From positions 2,624,001-2,688,000 of the forward strand of contig OZ251518.1 of assembly GCA_965242965.1 (NCBI GenBank): 64,000 nucleotides of DNA, in the 5' to 3' direction. Below, in pieces: positions 38,781 to 50,400 of this stretch (the first letter of the stretch is position 1; each line of letters opens with the position of its first letter). Made by a program: the position numbers and the translations under genes. This stretch comes from Candidatus Poribacteria bacterium (GTDB lineage Bacteria; Poribacteria; WGA-4E; WGA-3G). The notes under the pieces are model-generated. The model saw nothing but the letters and a program-made list of their open reading frames with translations. It searched no databases and was not told where the DNA came from.

Positions 38781-41204
38781 TTACCATGCCCGGATTTTGG
38801 ACAACTCCGTCTGCTTGGTGCACAAACCGGCATAGGTGCCGTCTTTGGCGAGCAGTTCCTCATGCGTGCCGATCTCGTCAACTTCGCCATCTTTCAGGAC
38901 GACGAGCCGGTCGGCATATTTGAGCGTCGACAGCCGGTGCGCGATGGCGAAAACGGTGCGCCCACGCACGAGACGTTCTAACGCCTCCTGAATCTTCGAT
39001 TCTGTCTCTGTATCCACCGAGGATGTCGCCTCGTCTAGGATGAGGATGCGCGGATTCTTCAAAATTGCTCGCGCGATGGAAATCCGCTGACGTTCGCCGC
39101 CAGACACGCGCGCCCCGCGCTCGCCTACCATCGTGTCATAGCCATCAGGGAACTTGATGATAAAATCGTGCGCGTTGGCAGCCTTCGCCGCGGCGACAAT
39201 CTCATGCCGCGACGCACCCGGCTTGGAGTAGCCGATGTTCTCCGCTATCGTGCCTTGGAAGAGGAACGGATCTTGTAACACCACGCCGACTTGTTGCCGC
39301 AGTGCCTTCACCTTAATATCCTGAATGCCGTGTCCATCAATCTCAATAGTGCCATCGCTGGCATCGTAAAATCGGGTGATGAGATTGATGACGGTGCTTT
39401 TCCCTGCACCACTATGCCCAACCAATCCAATCATCTCGCCGGCTTCCGCGCGGAAACTGACACCTCTCAACGCATTCTTCTCGGTATCGTAAGAGAAATA
39501 GACATCTTTGAACTCAACGGTGCCCTGCACTTTTTCAAGCGCGACGGCATCATTTTTATCTCCCACACTCGGCGGTGTGTCAAGGATTTCAAACACCCGG
39601 TCGGCGGAAGTTGCAGCACGCACGAACCGTTCGTTCATATTGCACAGCGTGTGGACGGGCCCGAAGAACCGATACATCAGACCTTGGAACATGAGCAACT
39701 GGCCCAGCGTGAGTTCTGCGTTGAATATCTGTTGTCCGCCAACGAACCAAATGATGATGGAGCCGGAGAAGACGATGAAGCCCATGATAGGCCGGTAAAG
39801 CGTCCATAACTTCGCCGCGTTCATCTCCCCGTGGAAGACCTGGTAGGTATACTCGCTAAAGCGGCTGACTTCGTGGCGTTCCCGCGCGAATGCCTTCACG
39901 ACGCGCACACCCGGAATCGTGCTCGCCAGCAGCGAACTAATGTTAGCATACCGTTTCCATAACACCTTGAAAACCTTGCTCATCTTGTGCCCAAAGAAGA
40001 CGGTAAAGAAGATGAGACACGGGATAGGAATCAGTGTCCACAACGCCAATTTCCAATTCTCAGAGAACATGATCACAGCGATGAAGATGATTGTCAGCGA
40101 GTCCCCGATGATGTCTTGCAACCCGTTTGTGATGAAATCCCGTAGTCTCCCCACATCTTGCGTAATCCTTGACATCAGGTTTCCGGTATCGCGTTGCTGA
40201 TAGAAATCAAGCGAGAGCGCGTTGAGATGCTCGTAGGTCTCGTCGCGGAGCCGTCGGGTAACGTTTTGTCCTACCCACGCCATCATATAGCCGCGGATCG
40301 CCCCTGTCGCCGCTGTGAAAACGTTGACTCCCGCCATTAAAATGACAAGGAAGACGAGGTGTCCCCAGCCGCCTGAGGTTGGAGTCGCGGCAAACCAACC
40401 CCCTAGCCAATTCACGAAACCTTCTAGGTGTCCCCAACTCGTTTCCGCAATCGGCTCTCCGTTTGCCAAAGCCTGAGCGACCGGGGTGAGGACGTTATCT
40501 ATCATCTGCGGCCTGAGAATATCAGGATAAAGTGAGACGAATCGGATTACCATCATCAATGCGAGTGCTGGCAACATGACGTGCAAGTACGGAAACGCAT
40601 ATCTGATGAGTCGGTAAATCAACTTCCGCTTCTCAACACATTTCACACAAACCCCAGACCAGCTCGGAATGGGTTGTCCGCAGGCTTCACACTTATCCTT
40701 GTTCTTGCCGAGTCCTTTGGGTTTCGGCTGCTTTTTCCCGTTATCGGCATCGGGATTCGCAGTCACCACAAGTTTCTCAAGCTCCGGTGTTGCCATGTCA
40801 AATTTCGGTGCGACGCGGCGAGAGTAGCGCGCCACCTCCATGGCGTTGTCGGATGTCCGAACCTTGAGGATGTTATTGCCGTTCATTTCCACGACATCGA
40901 CAGTCTCAACGGCGTTGAGTTCGACTTCGCGAAGTTCGTGCTCGGGTGCCCCGTTCTGGTTAAAAGCGATGAGTCGTCTATCGGTAGCAATTAACCAATC
41001 TTTTCCGTAGTTTCCGTCAAACCGCAGGTCGGTTGAGAGGGAAACCTTAATTTCCTCCCCTTCTGAAAGTAGTGCCTTCGCCCGTTTCTCCAAACTTTCG
41101 GGGATTTCCTCGGTCGTCGTTAACACTTCGTCGGCCTGTTTCTCGAAGTGCGCGCGTCCGTAGGATGGCCTTTTCCGGAGAAACTCGCGTCTCGTCCGGT
41201 CCAT
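38781..41204 (-). CDS. ABC exporter (fused TMD + NBD) with N-terminal PH-like domain and CxxC-CxxC motif
   Basis: Walker A GHSGAGKST; VSGGERQR; ILDEATS; IAHRLST; CEAC...CVKC; GGAGG RBS before ATG 41204. Confidence 0.92.
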   Translation of the reverse strand: MDRTRREFLRKRPSYGRAHFEKQADEVLTTTEEIPESLEKRAKALLSEGEEIKVSLSTDLRFDGNYGKDWLIATDRRLIAFNQNGAPEHELREVELNAVETVDVVEMNGNNILKVRTSDNAMEVARYSRRVAPKFDMATPELEKLVVTANPDADNGKKQPKPKGLGKNKDKCEACGQPIPSWSGVCVKCVEKRKLIYRLIRYAFPYLHVMLPALALMMVIRFVSLYPDILRPQMIDNVLTPVAQALANGEPIAETSWGHLEGFVNWLGGWFAATPTSGGWGHLVFLVILMAGVNVFTAATGAIRGYMMAWVGQNVTRRLRDETYEHLNALSLDFYQQRDTGNLMSRITQDVGRLRDFITNGLQDIIGDSLTIIFIAVIMFSENWKLALWTLIPIPCLIFFTVFFGHKMSKVFKVLWKRYANISSLLASTIPGVRVVKAFARERHEVSRFSEYTYQVFHGEMNAAKLWTLYRPIMGFIVFSGSIIIWFVGGQQIFNAELTLGQLLMFQGLMYRFFGPVHTLCNMNERFVRAATSADRVFEILDTPPSVGDKNDAVALEKVQGTVEFKDVYFSYDTEKNALRGVSFRAEAGEMIGLVGHSGAGKSTVINLITRFYDASDGTIEIDGHGIQDIKVKALRQQVGVVLQDPFLFQGTIAENIGYSKPGASRHEIVAAAKAANAHDFIIKFPDGYDTMVGERGARVSGGERQRISIARAILKNPRILILDEATSSVDTETESKIQEALERLVRGRTVFAIAHRLSTLKYADRLVVLKDGEVDEIGTHEELLAKDGTYAGLCTKQTELSKIRAW

Positions 41205-41520
41205 AATCAAACCTCCACAGCATTCTTTGTCGTCGGTATGGGCATGCCAGTTTTCATCGGTATTCCGTTTTCTGGGAGGTCCCTCCTACCGGGAGAGGGG
41301 CCACGACATCGGAAAACGAACGGGTTTCTGGCAAACGATGCCCTTAATTAGTCTATTTAACGAAAAAATTTAGAAAAGGTTGAAAAAAATTTGCAAAACC
41401 TGTGAAAAAACCTGCAAAACAACAGCATCCTTTCGTTTTTCCCACCGTAATGGCAGATTTTTCTATCTGTCCATGTTTTTTCACAGCGTTCGTGACACCC
41501 CGAACGATTCCGTTTTTTAT

Positions 41521-41790
41521 GGTAGGAGAGACCTCCTGGTCTTGATGCATCCCCGGAGGAGAGCCCTCCTGGTCTCGATTTCTTACTCGCCATCGCTCGC
41601 GTGCCAGGCTCTGTAGGTCAGGATCGCCTGATCCTGACCTGTTTGTGATCAGGCGATCACAAACTACAGAGGAGGGAAACACACATCCTGACGATGGAGA
41701 TCGCGGGGGAAACCCGCTCGGATGCGCGTATGGCATCCGAGGGCCCCCGCGCTACGGTACTGTGACATTTTCTTGACAGGTCTCTCCTAC
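41521..41790. repeat. REP cluster (B, E, A-with-insert)
   Basis: GTAG/CTAC-bounded hairpins. Confidence 0.8.
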
Positions 41791-41885
41791 CGGGAAGACA
41801 TCAATTCATGAAACATCCTCACATAATTTCCGAAATTATGTTATGATATGCAACAAAACTTTCACTGCCACAGCGAGGTAAAACA

Positions 41886-43649
41886 TTGAGCATTGTTGCC
41901 CACGTCACGCACGAAGCCATCCAGAAAATGGGCGGCATCGGTGCAGTTTTGGAGGGGTTACTCACAACCCATACCTATCAACACGCCATCAAACGCACGT
42001 TCCTCATCGGACCGCTTTTCCCCGGCGCAGATTTGAGCAGCCTGGATACTATTCTCTATCACGCTGCAGAAGGCATCACGGCGACACCACACGCTGGCGC
42101 GCTCAGCGGTATTGAGCAAACCTACGGTGTCGCCATCGTCCACGGACAACGACGCTTCGCCGACGAAAACCAGAATATCACGCTGCTCACCGATGTGATT
42201 CTGGTCGATGTCTCAAATAGTTATGAACAACCGACGGCACATTTCAAATGGGAACTCTACGAACAGTTTCACATTGAATCCAGCCGTTATGAAAGCGAAT
42301 GGGAGTTCGAGGAATACGTCCGGCTCGCCGAACCGGCTTACGACGCGCTGCGCGTGCTTCTCACCGACAACGGAACCTCCGACATCTTCATTATCTCACA
42401 CGAATTCATGGGCATGCCTTTCGCGCTTAAAACGCTACTTGAACGGCGGAAAGGCGATGAAGGCGCGGCGAAAATGCGCACCATTTTTTACGCGCACGAA
42501 GTCGCCACGGTCCGCCCCATTGTTGAGGGACACCCTGGACACGATGTCCGATTCTATAACGTGCTGAAACACGCAATGCCGCAAGGTAAGTCTATCCGCG
42601 ATGTGTTCGATGATCCGTTTTGGTATTTCAAGCACGCGCTCATCGACAAAGCACACTTGTGCGATGCCATCTTCGCTGTCGGAGACTTGGTTGTGGACGA
42701 ACTCCGATTCCTAGCGAAACCGTTCGAGGACTACCCGATTAACCTTGTCTACAACGGCATCCCGGCGTTTGAGGTGAATTTAGTGGAGAAATTCGCCGCC
42801 AAAGCGCGACTCCAAACCTATGCGGAAACGCTGCTGGATTACCGTCCCGATTACGTCTTCACACACGTGACGCGGCTCGTCAAAAGCAAGGGATTATGGC
42901 GGGACCTGCAGGTGCTGACGCATCTCGATTCCCTGCTCGCTTCTAATGACAAAACGGCGGTGTTGTTCATCCTCTCCACCGAAATTGCCACCGGCAGACC
43001 CAACGAGATGATTCATCAGATTGAGCGGGAATATGGCTGGCCCGTGCATCATAAAGTCGGCTATCCAGACCTGGTTGGCGCGGAAATCGAACTTAACAAC
43101 GGTGTCTCGGCGTTCAATCTCCATTCTCAAGCGATTAAGGTGGTGTTTGTCAACCAATTCGGGTGGAGTCAAGCGAGTTGCGGTGCCCGCATGCCGGAGG
43201 AGATGGAGTTCATGGATATCCGTAAGGGCAGCGATGCCGAATTCGGACAGTCAATTTATGAGCCCTTCGGTATTGCGCAGGTGGAGCCGCTCAGTTTCGG
43301 TGCTATCTGCGTGGTGAGCAATGTCTGTGGGTGTTGCGGGTTTATCCAGCGTGCGACCGGCGAACGCGATGTCCCGAACATCGTCATCGCCGACTATACG
43401 CACCTCGGCATCCCGCCGGATTCAATAGAGACGATTCTCCAATTCGGTCTGACAGAACGAAACGAGATTGAAGCGGAGAATAGTCGTGACATCGCGGCGA
43501 AACTCCTCGGCCGCTTACCGCGTAAACCTCGCGATGTGGAGGATATGATTCAGGAAGGGCACGCAATCGCTTCTCGGATGAGTTGGGAGGTTGTGGTGAA
43601 AGATTATTTTTTGCCGGGTTTGCAACGTGCATCTGCCGCTGCATCGTAG
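41886..43649 (+). CDS. Glycosyltransferase, GT-B fold, glycogen-synthase (GT3)-like
   Basis: HEAIQKMGGIGAV; SHEFMG; VYNGI; SIYEPFG; VVSNVCG. Confidence 0.65.
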   Translation: MSIVAHVTHEAIQKMGGIGAVLEGLLTTHTYQHAIKRTFLIGPLFPGADLSSLDTILYHAAEGITATPHAGALSGIEQTYGVAIVHGQRRFADENQNITLLTDVILVDVSNSYEQPTAHFKWELYEQFHIESSRYESEWEFEEYVRLAEPAYDALRVLLTDNGTSDIFIISHEFMGMPFALKTLLERRKGDEGAAKMRTIFYAHEVATVRPIVEGHPGHDVRFYNVLKHAMPQGKSIRDVFDDPFWYFKHALIDKAHLCDAIFAVGDLVVDELRFLAKPFEDYPINLVYNGIPAFEVNLVEKFAAKARLQTYAETLLDYRPDYVFTHVTRLVKSKGLWRDLQVLTHLDSLLASNDKTAVLFILSTEIATGRPNEMIHQIEREYGWPVHHKVGYPDLVGAEIELNNGVSAFNLHSQAIKVVFVNQFGWSQASCGARMPEEMEFMDIRKGSDAEFGQSIYEPFGIAQVEPLSFGAICVVSNVCGCCGFIQRATGERDVPNIVIADYTHLGIPPDSIETILQFGLTERNEIEAENSRDIAAKLLGRLPRKPRDVEDMIQEGHAIASRMSWEVVVKDYFLPGLQRASAAAS

Positions 43650-43896
43650 CGCAAGGCGGGCCATTGCTAAACGCATGCCGCCTGCCGCATCGTAGCGCGA
43701 GGGCCTGTCCCTCGCGGAGCTGCCCTTCACCGAGAGATCGCGGGGGACAGGCCCCCGCGCTACGGTATCCGGAACAGCTTCTCTTATCGTAGGGCGAGGG
43801 CCTGTCCCTCGCCATCGTTCGATCTCCCCAACGTCAGCGGGGGACAGGCCCCCGCGCTACGGGGATACAGGGTATCCGATACCATTAAATTTTGAC

Positions 43897-43925
43897 TTGC
43901 CAAAAACCAAAACATACGCTATAAT
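43897..43925 (+). promoter_or_regulatory. Putative sigma70 promoter for rhaI
   Basis: TTGCCA-17 bp-TATAAT. Confidence 0.6.
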
Positions 43926-43964
43926 TATCACCAGTAAACATAACTGCAAGAAGGAGAATACAGC

Positions 43965-45179
43965 ATGAGCACACCAGCCTATCACCTATTAGCCGAAACG
44001 CTAGCCGGACAAGGAATCGATATTGACGCAGTCAAATCGCATCTCAAACAGCAACACATTGAAACGCCGTCCTGGGGTTACGGGAATTCCGGCACCCGAT
44101 TCGGAGTGTTTGAACAGCCCGGCGCGGCGCGGAATGCCGCCGAACGGCTAGAAGACGCAGCTACCGTCCACCGCTTCACCGGCATCGCGCCTACCGTCGC
44201 GCTTCACATTCCGTGGGATAAGACAGACGATTGGGGCGCGTTGAAACAATACGCCGCAGATGTCGGCATCGGCATCGGCGCGATTAACCCAAACGTTTTC
44301 CAAGACCAGGGGTATAAACTGGGGAGCGTCTGCAACCCACAGCCTGATATTCGCCGCCTCGCTAGCGAACATATCCTTGAGTGCGTGGACATCATGCAGA
44401 AAACCGGGTCAGATCTGCTGAGTCTCTGGTTCGCCGATGGGACGAATTTCCCCGGGCAGGCGAACTTCCGGAAGCGCAAGGCATGGATGGAAGAAGCACT
44501 CGCCGAGGTTTACGACGCGCTACCGGATGCAACGCGGATGCTAATTGAGTATAAATTCTTTGAACCGGCGTTCTACCATACCGATTTGGCAGACTGGGGC
44601 ACCGCCTATTTGCTGGCGAAGAAACTCGGTCCGAAGGCGCAGGTGCTAGTAGACTTGGGGCATCATCCGCAAGGGACTAACATCGAGTTTATCGTCGCTT
44701 ACCTGATTGACGAGGGGAAACTCGGCGGTTTCCATTTCAACTGCCGGAAATATGCAGACGATGATCTGACGGTGGGTTCGATTAATCCGCAGGAGCTCTT
44801 CCTAATTTACACGGAACTCGTCGCGGCGGAGTTGGATGCGGACACCGAGACAGACATCGCCTACATGATCGATCAGAGTCATAACCTGAAGCCGAAGGTT
44901 GCGGCGAGCATCCAATCGGTTTGCAACCTGCAAAAGGCGTATGCGAAGGCACTGCTGGTAGATAGGGAGGCGTTAGCCGCCGCGCAAGATGCCGCCGAAC
45001 TGATTGAAGCGGAGAGCATCCTCCAGCGCGCGTATGAGACTGATGTGAATCCGTTGCTGGAGCAGGTGCGGCTTGAGATGGACCGCGAACCGCACCCGTT
45101 GACGGCGTATCGGAAAAGCGGCTATTATGAGAAAATCAGCCTCGCGCGCGTCGGGGGTGAGAGCCAGGGGTGGGCGTAA
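43965..45179 (+). CDS. rhaI: L-rhamnose isomerase (xylose-isomerase-like RhaI type)
   Basis: [15 protein letters not shown]; ALHIPWD; LWFADGTN; [13 protein letters not shown]; DLGHH; YADDDL. Confidence 0.9.
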   Translation: MSTPAYHLLAETLAGQGIDIDAVKSHLKQQHIETPSWGYGNSGTRFGVFEQPGAARNAAERLEDAATVHRFTGIAPTVALHIPWDKTDDWGALKQYAADVGIGIGAINPNVFQDQGYKLGSVCNPQPDIRRLASEHILECVDIMQKTGSDLLSLWFADGTNFPGQANFRKRKAWMEEALAEVYDALPDATRMLIEYKFFEPAFYHTDLADWGTAYLLAKKLGPKAQVLVDLGHHPQGTNIEFIVAYLIDEGKLGGFHFNCRKYADDDLTVGSINPQELFLIYTELVAAELDADTETDIAYMIDQSHNLKPKVAASIQSVCNLQKAYAKALLVDREALAAAQDAAELIEAESILQRAYETDVNPLLEQVRLEMDREPHPLTAYRKSGYYEKISLARVGGESQGWA

Positions 45180-45180
45180 G

Positions 45181-46146
45181 ATGGCGATTAACATCGGGAT
45201 TATCGGCTCAGGCGGCATGGCACGGCACCACCTTGAGCGGTTTTCAGCAATGCCCACCGTCGAAGTGGCAGCAATCGCCTCCAGAAACGAGCAGACCGGG
45301 GGACAACTCGCATCGCAACACAACACGGCGTTTGTCCCCGAATGGGCAAACCTGATGGCGCAGGACGATATAGACGCGGTAGTGATATGCACGCACAACA
45401 ATAGCCACGGCGAGATTTCATTGGCGGCGTTGCAAGCGGATAAGCATGTCTTTGTCGAGTATCCTCTCGCCAGCGATGTCGGTGAAGGCGAGGAGATGCT
45501 CCGGCTGGCGAAGGCGCGGCACCGCGTGCTGCGCGTTTCACACCCGGAGGCAGTCTCCAATGAGCATCAGGCACTCAAAGAAAAAATAGGCCAGCTCGGT
45601 AAGTTGGACCTTACCACCTTTGTGAGATTAACGCCGGGGCGCGGCGCGAGACCGGAAATCCTCTTCAATCTGCCGGTTTCCGGGATGCCCGCGCACTTCT
45701 TCATCTACCATATTTATCCTATCGTTGATTGCTTCGGCGGCGCGGCGTGGGTAGAGAGCAGTGCCAGTTATGATGGATTAACGGAGAATGGGCAATACCA
45801 ACGGTTCGTCAACACGCTCACCGTGGCATTCAAGCGAGGCGGCATCGGACAATGGACATGGGCAGGCGGCATCGCGATGAACGCCGCTGTCCAGAATGAA
45901 CGTTATGTCCTCTCGGAAGGCACGCTCAGTTATGAGAACAACGGCTGGACTTGCGCAACATCGGCGGGCGTGACACCCCTGCCAGTCTCGGGCTCACCGC
46001 AGTCGACGTTGCAGGAGTTGTGGCTCTCTGAAATTGAGAATGCCGCGCAGCAACCGCCTTGTTTGACAGACGCGGCGGTGGCACTGGAATCTATCCGCAT
46101 CAGCCTCGCGGCGGCACAAGCCGTGAATGGACGAGTTAATTTATGA
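45181..46146 (+). CDS. Gfo/Idh/MocA family oxidoreductase (EYP motif)
   Basis: GIIGSGGMA Rossmann motif; DIDAVVICT; KHVFVEYPLA. Confidence 0.8.
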   Translation: MAINIGIIGSGGMARHHLERFSAMPTVEVAAIASRNEQTGGQLASQHNTAFVPEWANLMAQDDIDAVVICTHNNSHGEISLAALQADKHVFVEYPLASDVGEGEEMLRLAKARHRVLRVSHPEAVSNEHQALKEKIGQLGKLDLTTFVRLTPGRGARPEILFNLPVSGMPAHFFIYHIYPIVDCFGGAAWVESSASYDGLTENGQYQRFVNTLTVAFKRGGIGQWTWAGGIAMNAAVQNERYVLSEGTLSYENNGWTCATSAGVTPLPVSGSPQSTLQELWLSEIENAAQQPPCLTDAAVALESIRISLAAAQAVNGRVNL

Positions 46147-46946
46147 GACGTTTGCCAAGAATTGAGACAGGGAGGGCCCTCCTACGGCAGGTTATTGAAA
46201 CAGTCCTGATGTTCCTTTATCCTGCGCAGTGCCGAGCCCAAACCTGCGATACACCGCTCGGGCTTGAGCCGGTGCCTTACTTCTGTAGTGCATGCTGGAC
46301 ACAGATGCAGTTTGTTGAACCGCCTTGGTGCGAGATGTGTGGGACACCGCTCCTCAGCGCGGCTTCTAGCGAAGTTTGTGACGAATGTGCCAAGGCACCA
46401 CCCCGTTACGGCAAACTCCGCACAATCGCTTTCTATGCGGAAACCCTCCAACCGGCGATACACCTCTTTAAATTTGAGAAGCGAACCGCGCTCGCCAAAC
46501 CGCTCATCCAACTGATGCTGACGCACCTGCCTGACGATTGCCGGATTGAGGATTACGACTTCATCTTACCGATACCGATTCATAAAAAGCGGATGCGCGA
46601 GCGCGGTTTCAATCAGTCAATCCTCCTCGCAGAAGGAATTGCGAAGGCGAAAGGCGTGCCGATTGCCACAGATATTTTCGTGCGGGATAAAAATACGAAG
46701 GCGCAGAGTAGCCTTGCCGGCAGGGAAGCGCGCCAAGAGAATATCATCGACGCGTTTAAACTGCGGAAACCAAAAGCCGTTTTTGGCAAACGTCTCCTGC
46801 TCATTGACGACGTTTTCACTACCGGTGAGACTATCCGGGAAGCGGTAAAGGAGTTATGGAACGCTGGCCCGGGCGAAATTGATGTGTTGACATTGGCGCG
46901 CACACCATCGGCTGATATCCCAATAAGAGGCCATCTAGAACAGTAG
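46143..46946 (+). CDS. comF: ComF family protein (double zinc ribbon + PRTase)
   Basis: CxxC motifs; PIPIH..RMRERGFNQS; LLIDDVFTTGET. Confidence 0.88.
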   Translation: MRRLPRIETGRALLRQVIETVLMFLYPAQCRAQTCDTPLGLEPVPYFCSACWTQMQFVEPPWCEMCGTPLLSAASSEVCDECAKAPPRYGKLRTIAFYAETLQPAIHLFKFEKRTALAKPLIQLMLTHLPDDCRIEDYDFILPIPIHKKRMRERGFNQSILLAEGIAKAKGVPIATDIFVRDKNTKAQSSLAGREARQENIIDAFKLRKPKAVFGKRLLLIDDVFTTGETIREAVKELWNAGPGEIDVLTLARTPSADIPIRGHLEQ

Positions 46947-47243
46947 GCGGGACATCCCTGTCCCGATATCCCTCTTCCGTAGGCGGGACATCCCTGTCCC
47001 GAAAACCACATGGTAGGCGGGACATCCCTGTCCCGATATCCCTCTTCCGTAGGCGGGACATCCTTGTCCCGAAAATAAAAAACCATCAAGACCAGGAGGT
47101 CTCTCCTACCCGGAAGGCATCAAGACCAGGAGGTCTCTCCTACCCGGAAGGCATCGAGACCGGGAGGGCTATCCTACCGGGAAGAACCGTAGCGCGGGGG
47201 CCTGTCCCCCGCGAACGCATCGAGACCAGGAGGGCTATCCTAC
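46943..47243. repeat. REP cluster: 4x family C, 4x family B, 1x family A
   Basis: GTAGGCGGGACATCCCTGTCCCGA tandem; first GTAG overlaps the comF stop. Confidence 0.85.
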
Positions 47244-47417
47244 CTTACGTAACCGAACGTTTTTCACCAATACGAAAAATTTGAAACCCACCTTAACTAT
47301 CTTACGTTTAAACAGATAAGGCAATGAAAAAACGTAAGCATTGACAACCTCAATGCCGCCTAATGATTCAACGACATTGATACAGATGAAGAAGAACAAC
47401 CGCTAGGAATAACAACA

Positions 47418-50400
47418 ATGCATCTCAATAGCGTCAAAATCAGCGGATTTAAGAGTTTCGCCGAAGAGGTTGAGTTAATCTTGGAGCCTGGTATCACGGC
47501 CATCGTCGGGCCGAACGGTTGCGGGAAGAGCAACGTCTCCGATGCAATTCGGTGGGTGCTAGGTGAACAGAGTGCGCGTTCACTCCGGTCTGCGAATATG
47601 CGCGAGCTCCTCTTCAACGGTGGTGCCAATTTCAACCCGGCGCAGAAAGCGAACGTGACGCTCGCCTTTTCAAACATCGCCGAAGATCTGAAACTTGGTT
47701 CACCGGAGGTGGAAGTGCGTCGGCAGCTCACCCGCGCCGGTGAGAGCGGCTACTTTATCAACCACACGCCGTGTCGGCTGCGCGATATCAGCGAACTCTT
47801 CATGGATACCGGCATCGGAGTGGATGCGTATTCTGTGATGGAGCAGAGCAAGATCGACCTGATTCTCAACGTCCGTCCCGAAGAACGGCGGTTCTTGTTT
47901 GACGAAGTCGCCGGCATCACGAAGTATAAGCATCGCAAGAAGACCGCGATTCGGAAACTGGAAGAGACTGAGCAGAACCTCGTCCGCATCAACGATGTCA
48001 TCCAAGAACTGCAGCGCGAAACCGAATCGCTGAAAGCACAAGCGGAACAAGCGGAGCGGTATCAGGCACTTCAGGAAGAGTTACAGCAATTAGAGTTGAA
48101 CCTCTCCCAGCGCGAATACGAAAAACTGGTTGCTGAGTATCGCGACACCCAAGACGAATTAAACGCGGTGCTGGATAACGTCGCCGAGGCAGATGCACTG
48201 CTGCAAGGCGCGGAAGAACGCATCGAAAGTGCATCCGGTCGCCGTTTGGAATTAGATACGGCGATAAATGCCGCGCAGGAAACGCTGCAAGGGATTTCAG
48301 CCCAGATTGAGAAGATCGAACGCCAGATAGTCTTGCACAAAGAACGGCAGTTGAACATTCAACAGCAGCGGCAGCGGGCCCTCCAAACCCTTGAATCCTT
48401 AAAGTCACAGCAGGAACGCCTCTCCACGCAGCAGCGCGAGCGGACGCAAGAGCGGAGCAAACTGGAAGCCTCCCTCAAGTTGGAGGAGAGCCGTTTATCG
48501 GCGCGTCAGCAACTCTTGACAGACTTAGCGGCGCGCATCGGGAAAGCGAAGGCGACGGTGCGTGACGCGGAAACCGCTTTGCGGGATACCACCACGCGCC
48601 TCTCGCATCGCGAGAACAAACGGTTATCCATTGAACACAGCCTCAAAAATACGGAAAGTAACCTGAGCCGCATCCGGGAAAGTTCGGAGACGGTGAAAGC
48701 GGAACTCGAAGCCGCCACAGCTGCCTCCACCGAGGCGCAGCGCGCTGAAGTCCAACTGAAAGCGGAACTCCTTCAGATTGAAGCGGAGAAAAAGGACGTA
48801 GAAACCGCTATCGGCGAAAATCAGGAAGGACTCCGCAAAGCAGAATCCGACATGCGCGGGCTACAGGACGCGCTCGGCATGAACGTCTCACGCCTCAAAT
48901 CCTTGCAGGAGTTGCAATCGGCTTACGAGGGATACTACGCCGGGGTGCGCGCCATCATGCAGGCGAAAACCCACTACCCCAAGGAATTTGCCGGGGTGTG
49001 CGGCGTTGTCGCCGAACTGCTCAGCACGGGCAAAGAATACGAAATCGCCATTGAGGTGGCACTCGGCAGTGCCATCCAGAATGTCGTCACGGAGACAGCG
49101 GAAGACGCGGAAACCGGCATCGCCTTCCTCAAAAAGCACCGCGCCGGCCGCGTGACTTTCCTGCCGCTTGATATGTTGCGCGGCAGGCAGTTTTCCGACG
49201 ACGCGCTCCTTGACGAACCGGGTGTCATCGGTGTCGCCGAAGATCTGGTAGATTACGATGAAAAATATGACAAAGCCGTGTTGCATCTGCTCGGTAATAC
49301 TCTCGTCATGGAGGATTTGGATACCGCGGTCGCGCTTACGCGCCGATTCCGGCCAACGGCGCGCCTCGTCACTTTAGATGGCGAAGTGATTAACACCTCC
49401 GGGGCAATCACCGGCGGACATACCAATCAGAAAAAGAGCGGGTTGCTCAGTCGTTCGCGAGAGCTTGAGGTGCTTGAAAGCAAAATCGGCGAACTGACGC
49501 AGACTGCTACCGAGAAGGATGCTAAGCGCAAGGCGTTCGCGGCGAAGTTGGCGACTTTGCAACAATCTCGGCAGCAACTCACCGCGCGATGGCAAGATAA
49601 GCGCGTCGAGAAAACGGCTCTTACGAAGGATATCGAGCAGGCGGGCAGACACGTCGAAAGGCTGGAACGCCAACTCACTGAGGTAGAGGTGGAAAACCGG
49701 GAACTCCGCGAGGCGGTGGAGAGCTCGCGCGAGGAACAGCAGACGCTCGCGACAGAAATCGCCGAATTAGAGAAGAAGCGCGCCACCACCGAACGGCGCA
49801 TCCAGCGGATGTCTGAGCAGATTGAGAGTGAAAGCCGCAAGCACGGCGAAGTCGCAGACGGCTGTCAGGAAATGGAAATCTCTTTGGCTGGCCAGCGGCA
49901 AAAGTTGCACGGATTGACATCGGAGTTGGAAACGCTTGAGGAGACGTGCCGCCGCACGGCGCAAAACATCACCGAACAACAGGCGATTATTGACACCGAT
50001 GAACAAACCAGGCACGACCTCGGGGAACAAATCGCTGGCGCGCAACGCGAATTCCTCCGATACGAAGGCGACAAGGCAGAAGCAGAAGCCGAACTTGACA
50101 CGCTCACGGAGGAACGGGAGACGCTTCTTGACGAGGTAACGAACCTCCAGAAGCAGATGCGCGCGACTCGGCGGCAGTTTGATAAGCACAACCGCCAACG
50201 GCATCAGTTGGAAGTGACGACGACGCAACTGGAGATGCAAATCAAATCCATCTCAACGCGCATCCTTGATAAATACCAGCTCTCCATTGAGACGCTGGCT
50301 GCTTCAAGGCTTGTCAAAACGCCTGGCGAACTACCAGAAATCGATCTAATGGACAAAATCGAAGCGTTGAAGGCGGAGTTAAGCGCGATGGGCGCGGTGA

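Noticed and set aside
46943-47071. CRISPR-like 4x repeat after comF
   Set aside because: Spacers are only 10-12 bp and two are identical; the unit is REP family C
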